This document shows positions 26,302-35,173 of a DNA stretch of 64,000 nt, one piece after another. Position 1 is the stretch's first letter. The number at the start of each line of letters is the position of its first letter. The position numbers and the translations under genes are program-made. Where the stretch lies: positions 1,910 through 65,909 of the forward strand of contig CAJLZE010000001.1 of assembly GCA_905210995.1 (NCBI GenBank). Reading direction: 5' to 3'. The notes beneath the pieces were generated by a model that was not told the origin of the DNA, searched no databases, and saw nothing but the letters and a program-made list of their open reading frames with translations. This stretch comes from an uncultured Anaerotruncus sp. (lineage in GTDB: Bacteria > Bacillota > Clostridia > Oscillospirales > CAG-272).

Positions 26302-27834
26302 TTGCTGAGTAACACACGAAAAAAACTCTCTGAAAAGCTGGGAGAAGCACTGACGGCAGTGCTGCCGATAATCTGCCTTGTGCTGCTGCTCTCCTTCACT
26401 GTAGCGCCCATAGAACCGGGGATACTCCTCAGCTTCCTCGCCGGTGCCGCGATGATAATTATCGGCATTATGTTTTTCACCCTCGGCGCAGACCTTGCCA
26501 TGACGCCGATGGGCGAGCGCGTCGGCGCCGCGATAACCCGCAAGCGCAGCCTGCCGCTCATCATAATCATCGGATTTCTCATGGGCTTCATCATCACGAT
26601 ATCCGAGCCGGATCTTCAGGTGCTTGCGGGTCAGGTACCGTCGATACCGAACGCCGTCCTCATAATCGCGGTCGCCGCGGGCGTCGGGCTGTTCCTCATC
26701 GCCGCGCTGCTGCGTATGTTCTTCGGAATATCCCTGAGGCTGATGCTCATTCTTGCATACATAGTGGTTTTTGCCCTTGCTGCCTTTGTGCCGCGCGACT
26801 TTCTTGCCGTCGCGTTTGACTCGGGCGGCGTCACAACGGGCCCTATGACCGTTCCCTTTATAATGGCGCTCGGCGTTGGTGTTTCGTCGATACGAAGCGA
26901 CAGCCGCGCGGGCGACGACTCCTTCGGACTTATCGCGCTCTGCTCGGTCGGTCCCATTCTCGCCGTTATGACTCTCGGGCTTATTTTCCCCGCGGAGGGC
27001 GCGTTCGAGCCGACAGCCATTCCCGACATCGGCAGCTCGACCGAGCTTGCGCGCTATTTTATTTCGTCGATACCCGCATATCTCGGCGAGATCGCCGTGG
27101 CGCTGCTGCCCATAATCGTATTCTTCGGGATATTTCAGGCTGTCACCCTGCGTCTGCCGCGCCGCCAGCTGCGCAAGATAATCGTCGGTCTTGTATATAC
27201 ATATGTAGGGCTCGTGCTCTTTCTCACCGGCGCTAACGTCGGCTTTATGCCCGCCGGCAGCTACCTCGGCAAGACGATGGCGTCGCTGCCGTATAACTGG
27301 ATAATCATTCCCGTCGGAATGGTGATAGGCTACTTCATCGTCCGCGCCGAGCCTGCGGTATACGTTCTCAACAAGCAAGTCGAGGAGATAACCGACGGCG
27401 CAATATCCTCAAAGGCAATGGGCGCCTGCCTCTCGCTCGGCGTTGCTGCGTCGATAGGTCTGGCGCTCGTGCGCGTGCTGACCGGAATATCCATCCTCTG
27501 GTTCGTCGTGCCGGGCTACGCCATTGCAATAGGGCTTTCCTTTCTTGTTCCGCGCATATTCACCGCCATCGCGTTTGACTCGGGCGGTGTCGCCTCGGGG
27601 CCTATGACGGCGACATTCCTGCTGCCCTTTGCACAGGGCGCGTGCCTTGCCGTGGGCGGAAATATCGTTGCCGACGCCTTCGGCGTCGTCGCAATGGTCG
27701 CCATGACGCCTCTTATCACGATACAGGTGCTCGGTCTTATCTACCGCATCAAAAAGAGCCGCGCCGGAGAGGTGCGCAGCGACACCGACGGACTGCTGCC
27801 CGGCATGCCCGACGATGCCATTATCGAGCTTTAA
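26302..27834 (+). CDS. DUF1538 family membrane protein (internally duplicated)
   Basis: 510-aa polytopic protein with a duplicated AFDSGGVTTGPMTVPF / AFDSGGVASGPMTATF motif. TTG start with an AAAGGA SD. Confidence 0.7.
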   Translation: MLSNTRKKLSEKLGEALTAVLPIICLVLLLSFTVAPIEPGILLSFLAGAAMIIIGIMFFTLGADLAMTPMGERVGAAITRKRSLPLIIIIGFLMGFIITISEPDLQVLAGQVPSIPNAVLIIAVAAGVGLFLIAALLRMFFGISLRLMLILAYIVVFALAAFVPRDFLAVAFDSGGVTTGPMTVPFIMALGVGVSSIRSDSRAGDDSFGLIALCSVGPILAVMTLGLIFPAEGAFEPTAIPDIGSSTELARYFISSIPAYLGEIAVALLPIIVFFGIFQAVTLRLPRRQLRKIIVGLVYTYVGLVLFLTGANVGFMPAGSYLGKTMASLPYNWIIIPVGMVIGYFIVRAEPAVYVLNKQVEEITDGAISSKAMGACLSLGVAASIGLALVRVLTGISILWFVVPGYAIAIGLSFLVPRIFTAIAFDSGGVASGPMTATFLLPFAQGACLAVGGNIVADAFGVVAMVAMTPLITIQVLGLIYRIKKSRAGEVRSDTDGLLPGMPDDAIIEL

Positions 27835-27855
27835 AAGAAAGGGGACCGCAAACAC

Positions 27856-28545
27856 ATGAACGGACTTTATCTCATGGTTACGATAACCGACCGCAATATG
27901 GCGCGCAGATTTATTGCGCTGTATGAGTCGGAGGGAGTGAGCGTCTCCTTTACCGCGCTCGGCAGCGGCACCGCGATAAACGAAACGCTGGATTATTTCG
28001 GTCTTGCCCGCTCGCAGAAGGCGGTAATGCTTTCGACCGTGACGCACGATGTGTGGCAGGCGGTAAAGGCGCGGCTGCAAAGCGAGCTGAAGATCGACAT
28101 TCCCGGGATAGGCATTGCCTTTATCATTCCGCTTTCGAGCATCGGCGGAAAAAAACAGTTGTTCTTTCTTACCGACGGACAGAAATTTGAAAAGGGAGAG
28201 GAAAGCGAGTTGAAAAACACGAAATATGAGCTTTTGCTCGCAATAACGAATCAGGGGCACACCGACACGGTAATGGACGCCGCGCGCGAAGCAAAGGCAT
28301 CGGGCGGCACGGTGATACACGCAAAGGGGACCGGCACCGAGCGCGCCGAAAAGTTCCTCGGCGTCTCTATCGCCGCCGAGAAGGAGATAATATTTATCGT
28401 CGTCAGGACCGAGCAGAAAAACGCCATCATGCAGGCGATAATGAGCAAAGCCGGTACCGACACCGAAGCCCGCACGATAGTTTTCTCGCTGCCCGTCACC
28501 TCAACCGCGGGAATGCGGCTGATCGAGGACGGCGCAGGTGAGTGA
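27856..28545 (+). CDS. tandem P-II-like (nitrogen regulatory protein fold) protein
   Basis: Two P-II-like halves (MVTITDRNMARRFIALYESEGV... and LLLAITNQGHTDTVMDAAREAKASGGTVIHAKGTG). It follows DUF1538 by 21 nt. Confidence 0.6.
   Translation: MNGLYLMVTITDRNMARRFIALYESEGVSVSFTALGSGTAINETLDYFGLARSQKAVMLSTVTHDVWQAVKARLQSELKIDIPGIGIAFIIPLSSIGGKKQLFFLTDGQKFEKGEESELKNTKYELLLAITNQGHTDTVMDAAREAKASGGTVIHAKGTGTERAEKFLGVSIAAEKEIIFIVVRTEQKNAIMQAIMSKAGTDTEARTIVFSLPVTSTAGMRLIEDGAGE
28493..28528. repeat. 36-bp direct repeat, copy 1 (inside the 3' end of the P-II-like gene)
   Basis: CCGTCACCTCAACCGCGGGAATGCGGCTGATCGAGG; a second copy lies 383 bp downstream (35/36 identical). Confidence 0.85.
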
Positions 28546-28579
28546 CGCCCCCTGCCGGCACGCTAAAAAGGGCAAAAGC

Positions 28580-28867
28580 ATGAAAAAAAGCATAACTTGT
28601 CTGCGCTGCGGTCAGAAAATGCGCCTCATCGGGACAGAAAAGATCCAGCTCGGACAAACGGGCTGGATACTCGGCGACCTTTCCAATCTGCTTGCGGGAG
28701 CCATGAAAGTCGATATTTACAACTGCACCGGATGCGGGAAGCTTGAATTCTTCTCGGCGGACGGCAATGACGAAAAGCTTCCGCAGAAAAAGTGCCCGAA
28801 TTGCGGAAAGCAGCATGATTTCGACTACCCACAGTGCCCGTTCTGCAAATTCCGATACGATATGTGA
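28580..28867 (+). CDS. small double zinc-ribbon protein
   Basis: MKKSITCLRCG...CTGCG...CPNCG...CPFC gives four CxxC pairs. The ATG at 28580 has an upstream AAAAAGGG. Confidence 0.5.
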   Translation: MKKSITCLRCGQKMRLIGTEKIQLGQTGWILGDLSNLLAGAMKVDIYNCTGCGKLEFFSADGNDEKLPQKKCPNCGKQHDFDYPQCPFCKFRYDM

Positions 28868-28875
28868 CTCGCCGG

Positions 28876-28911
28876 CCGTCACCTCAACCGCGGGAATACG
28901 GCTGATCGAGG
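28876..28911. repeat. 36-bp direct repeat, copy 2
   Basis: CCGTCACCTCAACCGCGGGAATACGGCTGATCGAGG, located 29 nt upstream of the acetyltransferase start. Confidence 0.85.
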
Positions 28912-28939
28912 GCACGCGATCCGTTTTTGGGAGATCACT

Positions 28940-29569
28940 ATGGACAAAAAACCGACGGTCCCGGTCAACTGCTTTTTTCAGGGCTGCCACAACCCCGCAT
29001 ATGAAGAGCAGATACGGAAGACCAAAGAAAAATGCTTCAGATATAATCAATTATGCCCCAATGACCGCGAAGCGCAGCACGAGATCCTTAAGGAGCTTCT
29101 CGGCAGCATGGGCAAGGACACGTTTATCACACCGCCGTTCTGGTGCGATTACGGCTATAACATCAGCGTGGGGGATAATTTTTATTCAAACCACGGCATG
29201 GTGATAACCGACGGGGCAAAGGTGACCTTCGGCGACCATGTTTTCGTTGCGCCGAACTGCTGCTTTACCACAGCCGAACACGCGATAGACCCCGAAATGC
29301 GGAAGGCGGGCGTGGAGGTAGCAAAGCCCATAACGATAGGCAGCAATGTGTGGATCGGCGCCGGCTCGACTATTCTGGCGGGCGTCGTGATCGGCGACAA
29401 TACCGTTATCGGCGCGGGGAGCGTCGTTACAAAGTCGATACCTGCGGGTGTGGTCGCCGTCGGCGTTCCGTGCAGAGTAATGCGGCAGATCACGGAGGCG
29501 GATAAAACGAGCTACCCCGTTTATAAGCCGGGCCAGACCGCGCCGGAGCACACATCTGTGAACGTATAA
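28940..29569 (+). CDS. maa: maltose/galactoside O-acetyltransferase (hexapeptide-repeat family)
   Basis: Mac-type N-terminus, a left-handed beta-helix hexapeptide region (IGSNVWIGAGSTILAGVVIGDNTVIGAGSVV), and the catalytic region ...AEHAIDP. Confidence 0.85.
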   Translation: MDKKPTVPVNCFFQGCHNPAYEEQIRKTKEKCFRYNQLCPNDREAQHEILKELLGSMGKDTFITPPFWCDYGYNISVGDNFYSNHGMVITDGAKVTFGDHVFVAPNCCFTTAEHAIDPEMRKAGVEVAKPITIGSNVWIGAGSTILAGVVIGDNTVIGAGSVVTKSIPAGVVAVGVPCRVMRQITEADKTSYPVYKPGQTAPEHTSVNV

Positions 29570-29578
29570 AATGAAAAA

Positions 29579-29616
29579 GCCCTCTGCCGCGCAAAAGCGC
29601 GGCAGAGGGCTTTTTT
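29579..29616. terminator. bidirectional rho-independent terminator
   Basis: GCCCTCTGCCGCGC-aaaa-GCGCGGCAGAGGGC, flanked by an A5 run upstream and a T6 run downstream. It lies between convergent genes. Confidence 0.75.
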
Positions 29617-29746
29617 GCCGTAAAACAGCCGTAAAACATTTGAAATGACAGCGAGCGGCACGGTCATCCGGGAATAAAGCGCAAGTGCCGCGACCCCAAT
29701 GCCGCTCTTGTGAATATAATTTGATAATTTTGAGCGGGTACACCGT

Positions 29747-30580
29747 TCATATTATCTCATATACCCTTGCGCGGTCCTTTTTGCCCGCGACGCGGACGAC
29801 GCCGAGGTTTTCGAGCGCCCGCAGCGCAAGATATGACCGGCGCGAACGTAGCTTCATCGCCTTTGCGAATCCGGCGGCGGTGAACCCGGTATCATTCAGC
29901 TCTGCCGGCAGCAGCTCGCGAAAATCCTCGGGCAATTCAAGACTCACCGTGTCAGCGAGTGCGGTGGGGAGCATTTCAAACCGCTCGGACCCGCGTTTGC
30001 CGTCGCGCCCCCACCCGTTTCGCCAACGGTATTCCTCCGCCTCAATGAGCAGAACGAGCAGCGAGACACGCCCCGACGCGACGAGTTCGGAAATATAGAC
30101 CGTCTCGGGCAGCACGTCGGCGACCCTGCCGGCGCGCGCAAGCCGCGGCGACGGCACAGCCTCACCGCTTGCGGGGTCGATCCAGATGATCCGCCGTTTT
30201 ATGGCTATCGGATGCACCACCGTGACATGGCAATCGGTGTTTGCGGCATACCAGCCGAGTTTTTCCTTCAGCGGCCAGAACGAGCCCGTCTGTATCTCAT
30301 AGATCTCATCGCCGCAGAGCACGTCTGCGACGTATTTTTTTGCTTTTTTTCGTTTTTTTTCGTCGCCGTCCGACGCGGCATCAGAAAGCGTGACCGGTCT
30401 TTGCTCGTGATATGAGCTGTCGGCACACACAAACCGCTTTATTGCGGCGTGCATGCGCTTTTCGCGCAGCACGCCTATACCTTCCTCGCCGCCGGAATAT
30501 TCGCCCTGCGGCGCTGCCGTCACCTCGCGGCAGACGGCAAGGAACCGCTCGCGGTCGGCGTCGGTGCAGGAGCCCGTCAC
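29747..30580 (-). CDS. hypothetical protein; possible nuclease-like core plus C-terminal winged-helix
   Basis: 277-aa ORF whose start overlaps the upstream ABC gene stop. VADVLCGDEIYEIQTGSF resembles a D..ExQ/K restriction-endonuclease-like core, and the C-terminal RSYLALRALENLGVVRV looks wHTH-like. I am not confident about the family. Confidence 0.45.
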   Translation of the reverse strand: MTGSCTDADRERFLAVCREVTAAPQGEYSGGEEGIGVLREKRMHAAIKRFVCADSSYHEQRPVTLSDAASDGDEKKRKKAKKYVADVLCGDEIYEIQTGSFWPLKEKLGWYAANTDCHVTVVHPIAIKRRIIWIDPASGEAVPSPRLARAGRVADVLPETVYISELVASGRVSLLVLLIEAEEYRWRNGWGRDGKRGSERFEMLPTALADTVSLELPEDFRELLPAELNDTGFTAAGFAKAMKLRSRRSYLALRALENLGVVRVAGKKDRARVYEII

Positions 30581-32448
30581 GTTGCTATGCCCGCGAACTG
30601 ACTCTCGTAGAGCTTCGAATACTCTCCGCCCTTTGCCAGCAGCTCGTCGTGATTGCCCGTTTCAACTATCTCGCCGTGCGAAAGCACAACTATGACGTCG
30701 GCGTTGCGTATCGTTGAAAGCCGGTGCGCTATGATAAGCGACGTGCGATTCTTCATCAGCTCCGCCATTGCGCTCTGAATATGCATTTCGGTGCGCGTAT
30801 CGACCGACGAGGTCGCCTCGTCGAGTATTAGTATCTTCGGGTCGGCAAGCACCGCACGCGCTATGGCAAGAAGCTGCCGCTGACCCTCGGAAAGGTTGCT
30901 GCCCGACTCGGCAAGCACGGTGTCATAGCCCTCGGGCAGACGCTCGATGAAGGTGTCGGCGCGTGCGGTCGCCGCCGCACGCTTCATATCGTCGTCGCTC
31001 GCGTCAAGCCTGCCGTATTTGATGTTGCTTCTTATCGTGTCGGAGAAAAGGACCGTATCCTGAAGCACTATGGCGATCGCATGGCGCAGCGTCTCTTTGG
31101 GAATATCGGTCACGTCGATGCCGTCGATAGTGATATTCCCGCTGTCAAGCTCGTAAAAACGCATGAGAAGGTTGACTATCGTCGTTTTGCCGGAGCCCGT
31201 GGAGCCGACAATGGCGATCTTTTGCCCCGGCTTGACCGAAAGCGTAAGGTTTTTCAGCACGGGTTCGCCCTCGACATACGAGAAGCAGATGTCCGAAAAA
31301 TCGACATTTCCGTGTATCTCCGCGGGTGTGACCGCCGATTTTCCCTCGTCGATCTCGTTCGGTGTGTCGAGAATGTCAAAAATTCTTTCGGCGCCCGCAA
31401 GAGCCGTAAGGATCGAGGAATACTGGTTTGCGATCATGTTGATCGGGCGGGAGAGCTTTTTGGAGTATTGCAGCATAGCCTGTATAGAGCCGACCGTTAT
31501 CGAACCGCCGCGCAGCATAAGGAAGCCGCCGAAGCCCGCAACGAGCACATATTGCAGGTTGCCGATAAAGTTCATGACAGGTCCCATGATCGAGCCCCAG
31601 ACACGAGCGCTGACCGAGCAGCGGCGGAAATCATCGGATATCGCCGCAAATTTTTCGACTGCCTCCGGCTCTTTGCCGTATGATATTACCGTAGTGTAAC
31701 CCGTGACCATCTCTTCGACCTGCCCGTTGAGCTGACCGAGGAGCGTCTGCTGACGGATAAAGTATTTGCGCATGAATTTTGCGAGCATCGAGGATACTAT
31801 TATCGTAAGCGGTATGGTTATCACGGCAACGAGCGTCACGCCCACGCTGTATTTCAGCATCATGACGACCGCACCTATGATGGTTATGACGCCCGAGAAG
31901 AGTGATGTCAGCGATTGCGAGATCGCAGACGACACATTGTCGATATCGTTCGTCATGCGGCTCATTATGTCACCGTGGCGGTGCGTGTCAGTGTATTTTA
32001 TCGGCAGTCTCTCAAGCTTTTCGAACAGCTCGCGGCGCATGAAATAGACCGTTGAGGTCGAAAGCCGGACCGCGATGCGTTCCTGAATGAGCGTGAGCAG
32101 CGCACTGAACACAAAGAACCCGCTCATTATCGCGATATAGGTGAGCATTGCCTGAAAATCGACCTTCACAACGCCGTCCGTGACCGTGATGGTGTCTATC
32201 GCAAGCTGCTGGAGCTTAGGTCCGACAAGGTCGGCAAAGGCGATGACGACCGTGAGGAGCACGATTCCCAAAAGCGCAAATTTGCTTTTTCCGATATACC
32301 TTGCAAGGCGGGAGAGCGTTTTGCCGGCGTTTTTCGGTTTTTCGGCATTCATTCTGCCGCCCATCGGACCGCCGGGGCCGCGTCCGCCGGGTCTGAAGTT
32401 CACACGCGGCGCTTCCTGTCTGCCTGCGTTTTTATTCTGTTCTGCCAT
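30577..32448 (-). CDS. ABC transporter, fused permease/ATPase (type I exporter)
   Basis: Six-TM domain, then Walker A GSTGSGKTT, signature LSEGQRQ and Walker B ILILDEATS. The ATG at 32448 follows GGAGGTG by 6 nt; the track start at 32457 is a GTG. Confidence 0.9.
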   Translation of the reverse strand: MAEQNKNAGRQEAPRVNFRPGGRGPGGPMGGRMNAEKPKNAGKTLSRLARYIGKSKFALLGIVLLTVVIAFADLVGPKLQQLAIDTITVTDGVVKVDFQAMLTYIAIMSGFFVFSALLTLIQERIAVRLSTSTVYFMRRELFEKLERLPIKYTDTHRHGDIMSRMTNDIDNVSSAISQSLTSLFSGVITIIGAVVMMLKYSVGVTLVAVITIPLTIIVSSMLAKFMRKYFIRQQTLLGQLNGQVEEMVTGYTTVISYGKEPEAVEKFAAISDDFRRCSVSARVWGSIMGPVMNFIGNLQYVLVAGFGGFLMLRGGSITVGSIQAMLQYSKKLSRPINMIANQYSSILTALAGAERIFDILDTPNEIDEGKSAVTPAEIHGNVDFSDICFSYVEGEPVLKNLTLSVKPGQKIAIVGSTGSGKTTIVNLLMRFYELDSGNITIDGIDVTDIPKETLRHAIAIVLQDTVLFSDTIRSNIKYGRLDASDDDMKRAAATARADTFIERLPEGYDTVLAESGSNLSEGQRQLLAIARAVLADPKILILDEATSSVDTRTEMHIQSAMAELMKNRTSLIIAHRLSTIRNADVIVVLSHGEIVETGNHDELLAKGGEYSKLYESQFAGIAT

Positions 32449-32449
32449 C

Positions 32450-34276
32450 TTACTCACCTCCGACCTCTGTATTGTTGCTCATCTGTGAATTGTAAATGTC
32501 GCGGTATGTCTCGCTGACCCGCATCAGCTCGTCGTGCGGCGCGCAGTGGATGATGCTGCCGTCGTTTTCGATGACCGCAATGCGGTCGGCGTCGCGCACG
32601 CTTGCAATGCGCTGCGCGACCATAACGACGGTCGTTCCCGAAAGCGAAGAACGCAGCGAACGGCGCAGCTTTGCCTCGGTCGCAAGGTCGAGCGCCGAGG
32701 TGGAGTCATCAAGTATCAGTATCTCCGGCTTGCGGACGAGGGCGCGCGCTATCGAAACGCGCTGCTTCTGTCCGCCGGAAAGAGACGCGCCCTTTTCGGC
32801 GACAAAGCCGTCATAGCCATCGGCGAAGCCCGAAATGAAGGAGTCCGCCTGTGCGGTCTTTGCCGCCTCACGCACCTCACCGTCGGTGGCATCCGGCTTG
32901 CCCCAGCGGATGTTGTTCGCCAGAGTATCTGAGAAGAGCACGCTCTTCTGCATGACAAATCCGAATTTGCGGCGCAGGGCGCGCAGCGTATAATCCTTTA
33001 TCGGTCTGCCGTCGATCATGACCTCGCCGGAATCGACGTCGTAAAAGCGCATGAGCAGCTTGCAGAACGATGATTTGCCCGAGCCGGTGGCACCGATGAC
33101 GGCAAGCGTCTCTCCGCGCCCGACGCTGAGATTGATATTGTTCAGCACCGGTTTGCCGTGCGTTCCGGGATAACGGAAGCTGACATTTTTAAATTCTATC
33201 ACAGGATCGCCCGCAGCGGCGGCGGGATCGTCAACGCTGCCGCCGAGAACGACAGGCTCGGCAGCAAGGACCTCGCACACACGCTCGGCAGATGCCGCAG
33301 CACGCGAGAAGGTCTGGAATATCATTGCGACCTGCATGAGTGAGAAGATGACCTGCGTGACATAGGTGATAGCAGCCATTATCGCACCCGCGCTCATGCC
33401 GGAGTCGCCGCGCGCAATGCGGCTGCCTCCGATGTAGAAGAGCGCAACGACCGAGTAGTTGAGTATGAGCGTAAGAAGCGGCGAAAACCACGTCATAAGA
33501 GTCATGACTTTTTTGTTCGTGTCGCAGAGATCGCGGTTCGCCTTGTCAAAGCGCGAGCATTCATAGTCCTCACGGACGTATGCCTTTATGACGCGCGCTC
33601 CGGAAACATCCTCCTGCACGACAGAGTTCACCTTATCGAGCTTTGACTGCATGACGCCGAACATCGGAACGGCTTTTTTCAGTATAACGATGACCGCTAC
33701 GGCAAGAATGGGCAGCGCGCCGATGAGCACCATGCCGAAATCAACATTGAGCATAAGAAGCATCACGGTGCCGCCGATAAAGAAGACGGGAGCGCGAACG
33801 AACATCCTCAGCACAGCCTCGACAAGATCGACAAGGCGTGTGACGTCGTTCGTCATTCGCGTTACAAGCGAACCGGTCGTGAATTTGTCGGTCTGCTCGA
33901 CCGACAGCGCCATAACATGACGGTAAGCGTCGCAGCGGAGGTCGTGACCGAAGCCCTGCGCGGCGCGCGCAGCGGTGTAGGCGCACATGGTGCCGAAAAA
34001 TCCGCCTACGAGCGTCACCGCAAGCATGAGAAGCCCGAAGGTGACTATCATCTGAATGCCGCTCGCGTCAGAGCCGCAGAAGGTGCGGACTATCCACGCG
34101 GCGACAGCCGATCCGTTTTCGGGGTCGTCAAGCGGAATGCCCGATATCCCGTAGTTTATGATAAACGACGTGAGATAGGGCAAAAGCAGATCCGCCGTGA
34201 CCTCGAACGCCATCATTATAGGCGAGATCACAGCAAACCAGCGATACGGTTTGAGATATCCAATCAGCTTTTTCAT
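32450..34276 (-). CDS. ABC transporter, fused permease/ATPase (type I exporter)
   Basis: GATGSGKSS, LSGGQKQR and ILILDDSTS motifs. It probably forms a heterodimer with the downstream paralog. Confidence 0.9.
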   Translation of the reverse strand: MKKLIGYLKPYRWFAVISPIMMAFEVTADLLLPYLTSFIINYGISGIPLDDPENGSAVAAWIVRTFCGSDASGIQMIVTFGLLMLAVTLVGGFFGTMCAYTAARAAQGFGHDLRCDAYRHVMALSVEQTDKFTTGSLVTRMTNDVTRLVDLVEAVLRMFVRAPVFFIGGTVMLLMLNVDFGMVLIGALPILAVAVIVILKKAVPMFGVMQSKLDKVNSVVQEDVSGARVIKAYVREDYECSRFDKANRDLCDTNKKVMTLMTWFSPLLTLILNYSVVALFYIGGSRIARGDSGMSAGAIMAAITYVTQVIFSLMQVAMIFQTFSRAAASAERVCEVLAAEPVVLGGSVDDPAAAAGDPVIEFKNVSFRYPGTHGKPVLNNINLSVGRGETLAVIGATGSGKSSFCKLLMRFYDVDSGEVMIDGRPIKDYTLRALRRKFGFVMQKSVLFSDTLANNIRWGKPDATDGEVREAAKTAQADSFISGFADGYDGFVAEKGASLSGGQKQRVSIARALVRKPEILILDDSTSALDLATEAKLRRSLRSSLSGTTVVMVAQRIASVRDADRIAVIENDGSIIHCAPHDELMRVSETYRDIYNSQMSNNTEVGGE

Positions 34277-34863
34277 CGTTTCGGTCGTTCTCCCTGATAT
34301 ATGTTTTTCCTCGTTCCGGGATCTGATGTATTTTCATTTTCCGCAAGAGAGTTTTTGATCTTCAGCAGAATGCGCCGCAGCTCCTCTGCCTCCTCGGGCG
34401 TTACATCCCGCATTGCAATGGCATCCGCATCGCGCAGGCGCGCCAACGTGCTCGCCTCAAGCTCTCGCCCGGCATCGGTGAGATAAACGCGCACCTCGCG
34501 TCCGTCTGTCTCCGACGCCTCGCGTCGGATGTACCCGCCGAGCTCCATTTTTCCGAGCGCCACACTGACCGTCGGCGGCTTGAGCCCCGTGCGGCGCGCA
34601 AGCTCAAGCTGAGATATCCCGCTTTCGTGCGCCAGTGTGCGCACGAGCACGCGGCAGCTGTTTTGAGTCATTATCGAACCCGCCGGCTCGGTATTGCGCA
34701 TAAGATTCATGTGCATACGCGCGATACGTCCGATAAGCATCGGCGGCGTCAGCATATCGTCACAGCACCGGCATTGAGCTGCCTGCTGCGGCGTATCATC
34801 GTCGTGCTTCGCAGCCCCGGGCACCGCCGGAATGCCGCTCACGGCTTCTTTTTCGGTCTTCAT
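34273..34863 (-). CDS. MarR family transcriptional regulator
   Basis: wHTH region ISQLELARRTGLKPPTVSVALGKMELGGYIRRE...DGREVRVYLTDAG. Its stop overlaps the ABC gene start (ATGA). Confidence 0.85.
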   Translation of the reverse strand: MKTEKEAVSGIPAVPGAAKHDDDTPQQAAQCRCCDDMLTPPMLIGRIARMHMNLMRNTEPAGSIMTQNSCRVLVRTLAHESGISQLELARRTGLKPPTVSVALGKMELGGYIRREASETDGREVRVYLTDAGRELEASTLARLRDADAIAMRDVTPEEAEELRRILLKIKNSLAENENTSDPGTRKNIYQGERPKR

Positions 34864-34932
34864 GACAGATTTATCGCTCCTTTCCGTTTTTCATACCGTG
34901 CAAAGCGGACTCGGGCGTCCGCAGACGGATTA

Positions 34933-34976
34933 ATTAGTTTACTAATAAATTATATCATGTTTTTTCTGCCTGTCAA
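34933..34976 (-). promoter_or_regulatory. promoter plus palindromic candidate MarR operator
   Basis: On the minus strand: TTGACA, 16 nt, TATAAT (34949-34976). Immediately downstream is the perfect inverted repeat ATTAGT-tt-ACTAAT (34933-34946). Confidence 0.5.
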
Positions 34977-35173
34977 CAGAAAAAATAAAAGTTCACATAA
35001 AATTCAGAATGAAAATCGGATAAAACACGCGCGGCGGCGGACGGAATTTTCTGCTTGCAGACTACGAAATTGCTACACATCAAACACCGCGTCGGGGGCA
35101 AATTAATATGGCGAGGGAAAAACGCGGCGGCGGTCCGCAGCGGTATTTCCCGCATCTGAAAGGAACTCATTTT

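Noticed and set aside
26170-27378. 402-aa minus-strand ORF
   Set aside because: It is antisense to the DUF1538 membrane protein gene. Its translation is highly charged (Arg/Asp/Glu-rich) and implausible.
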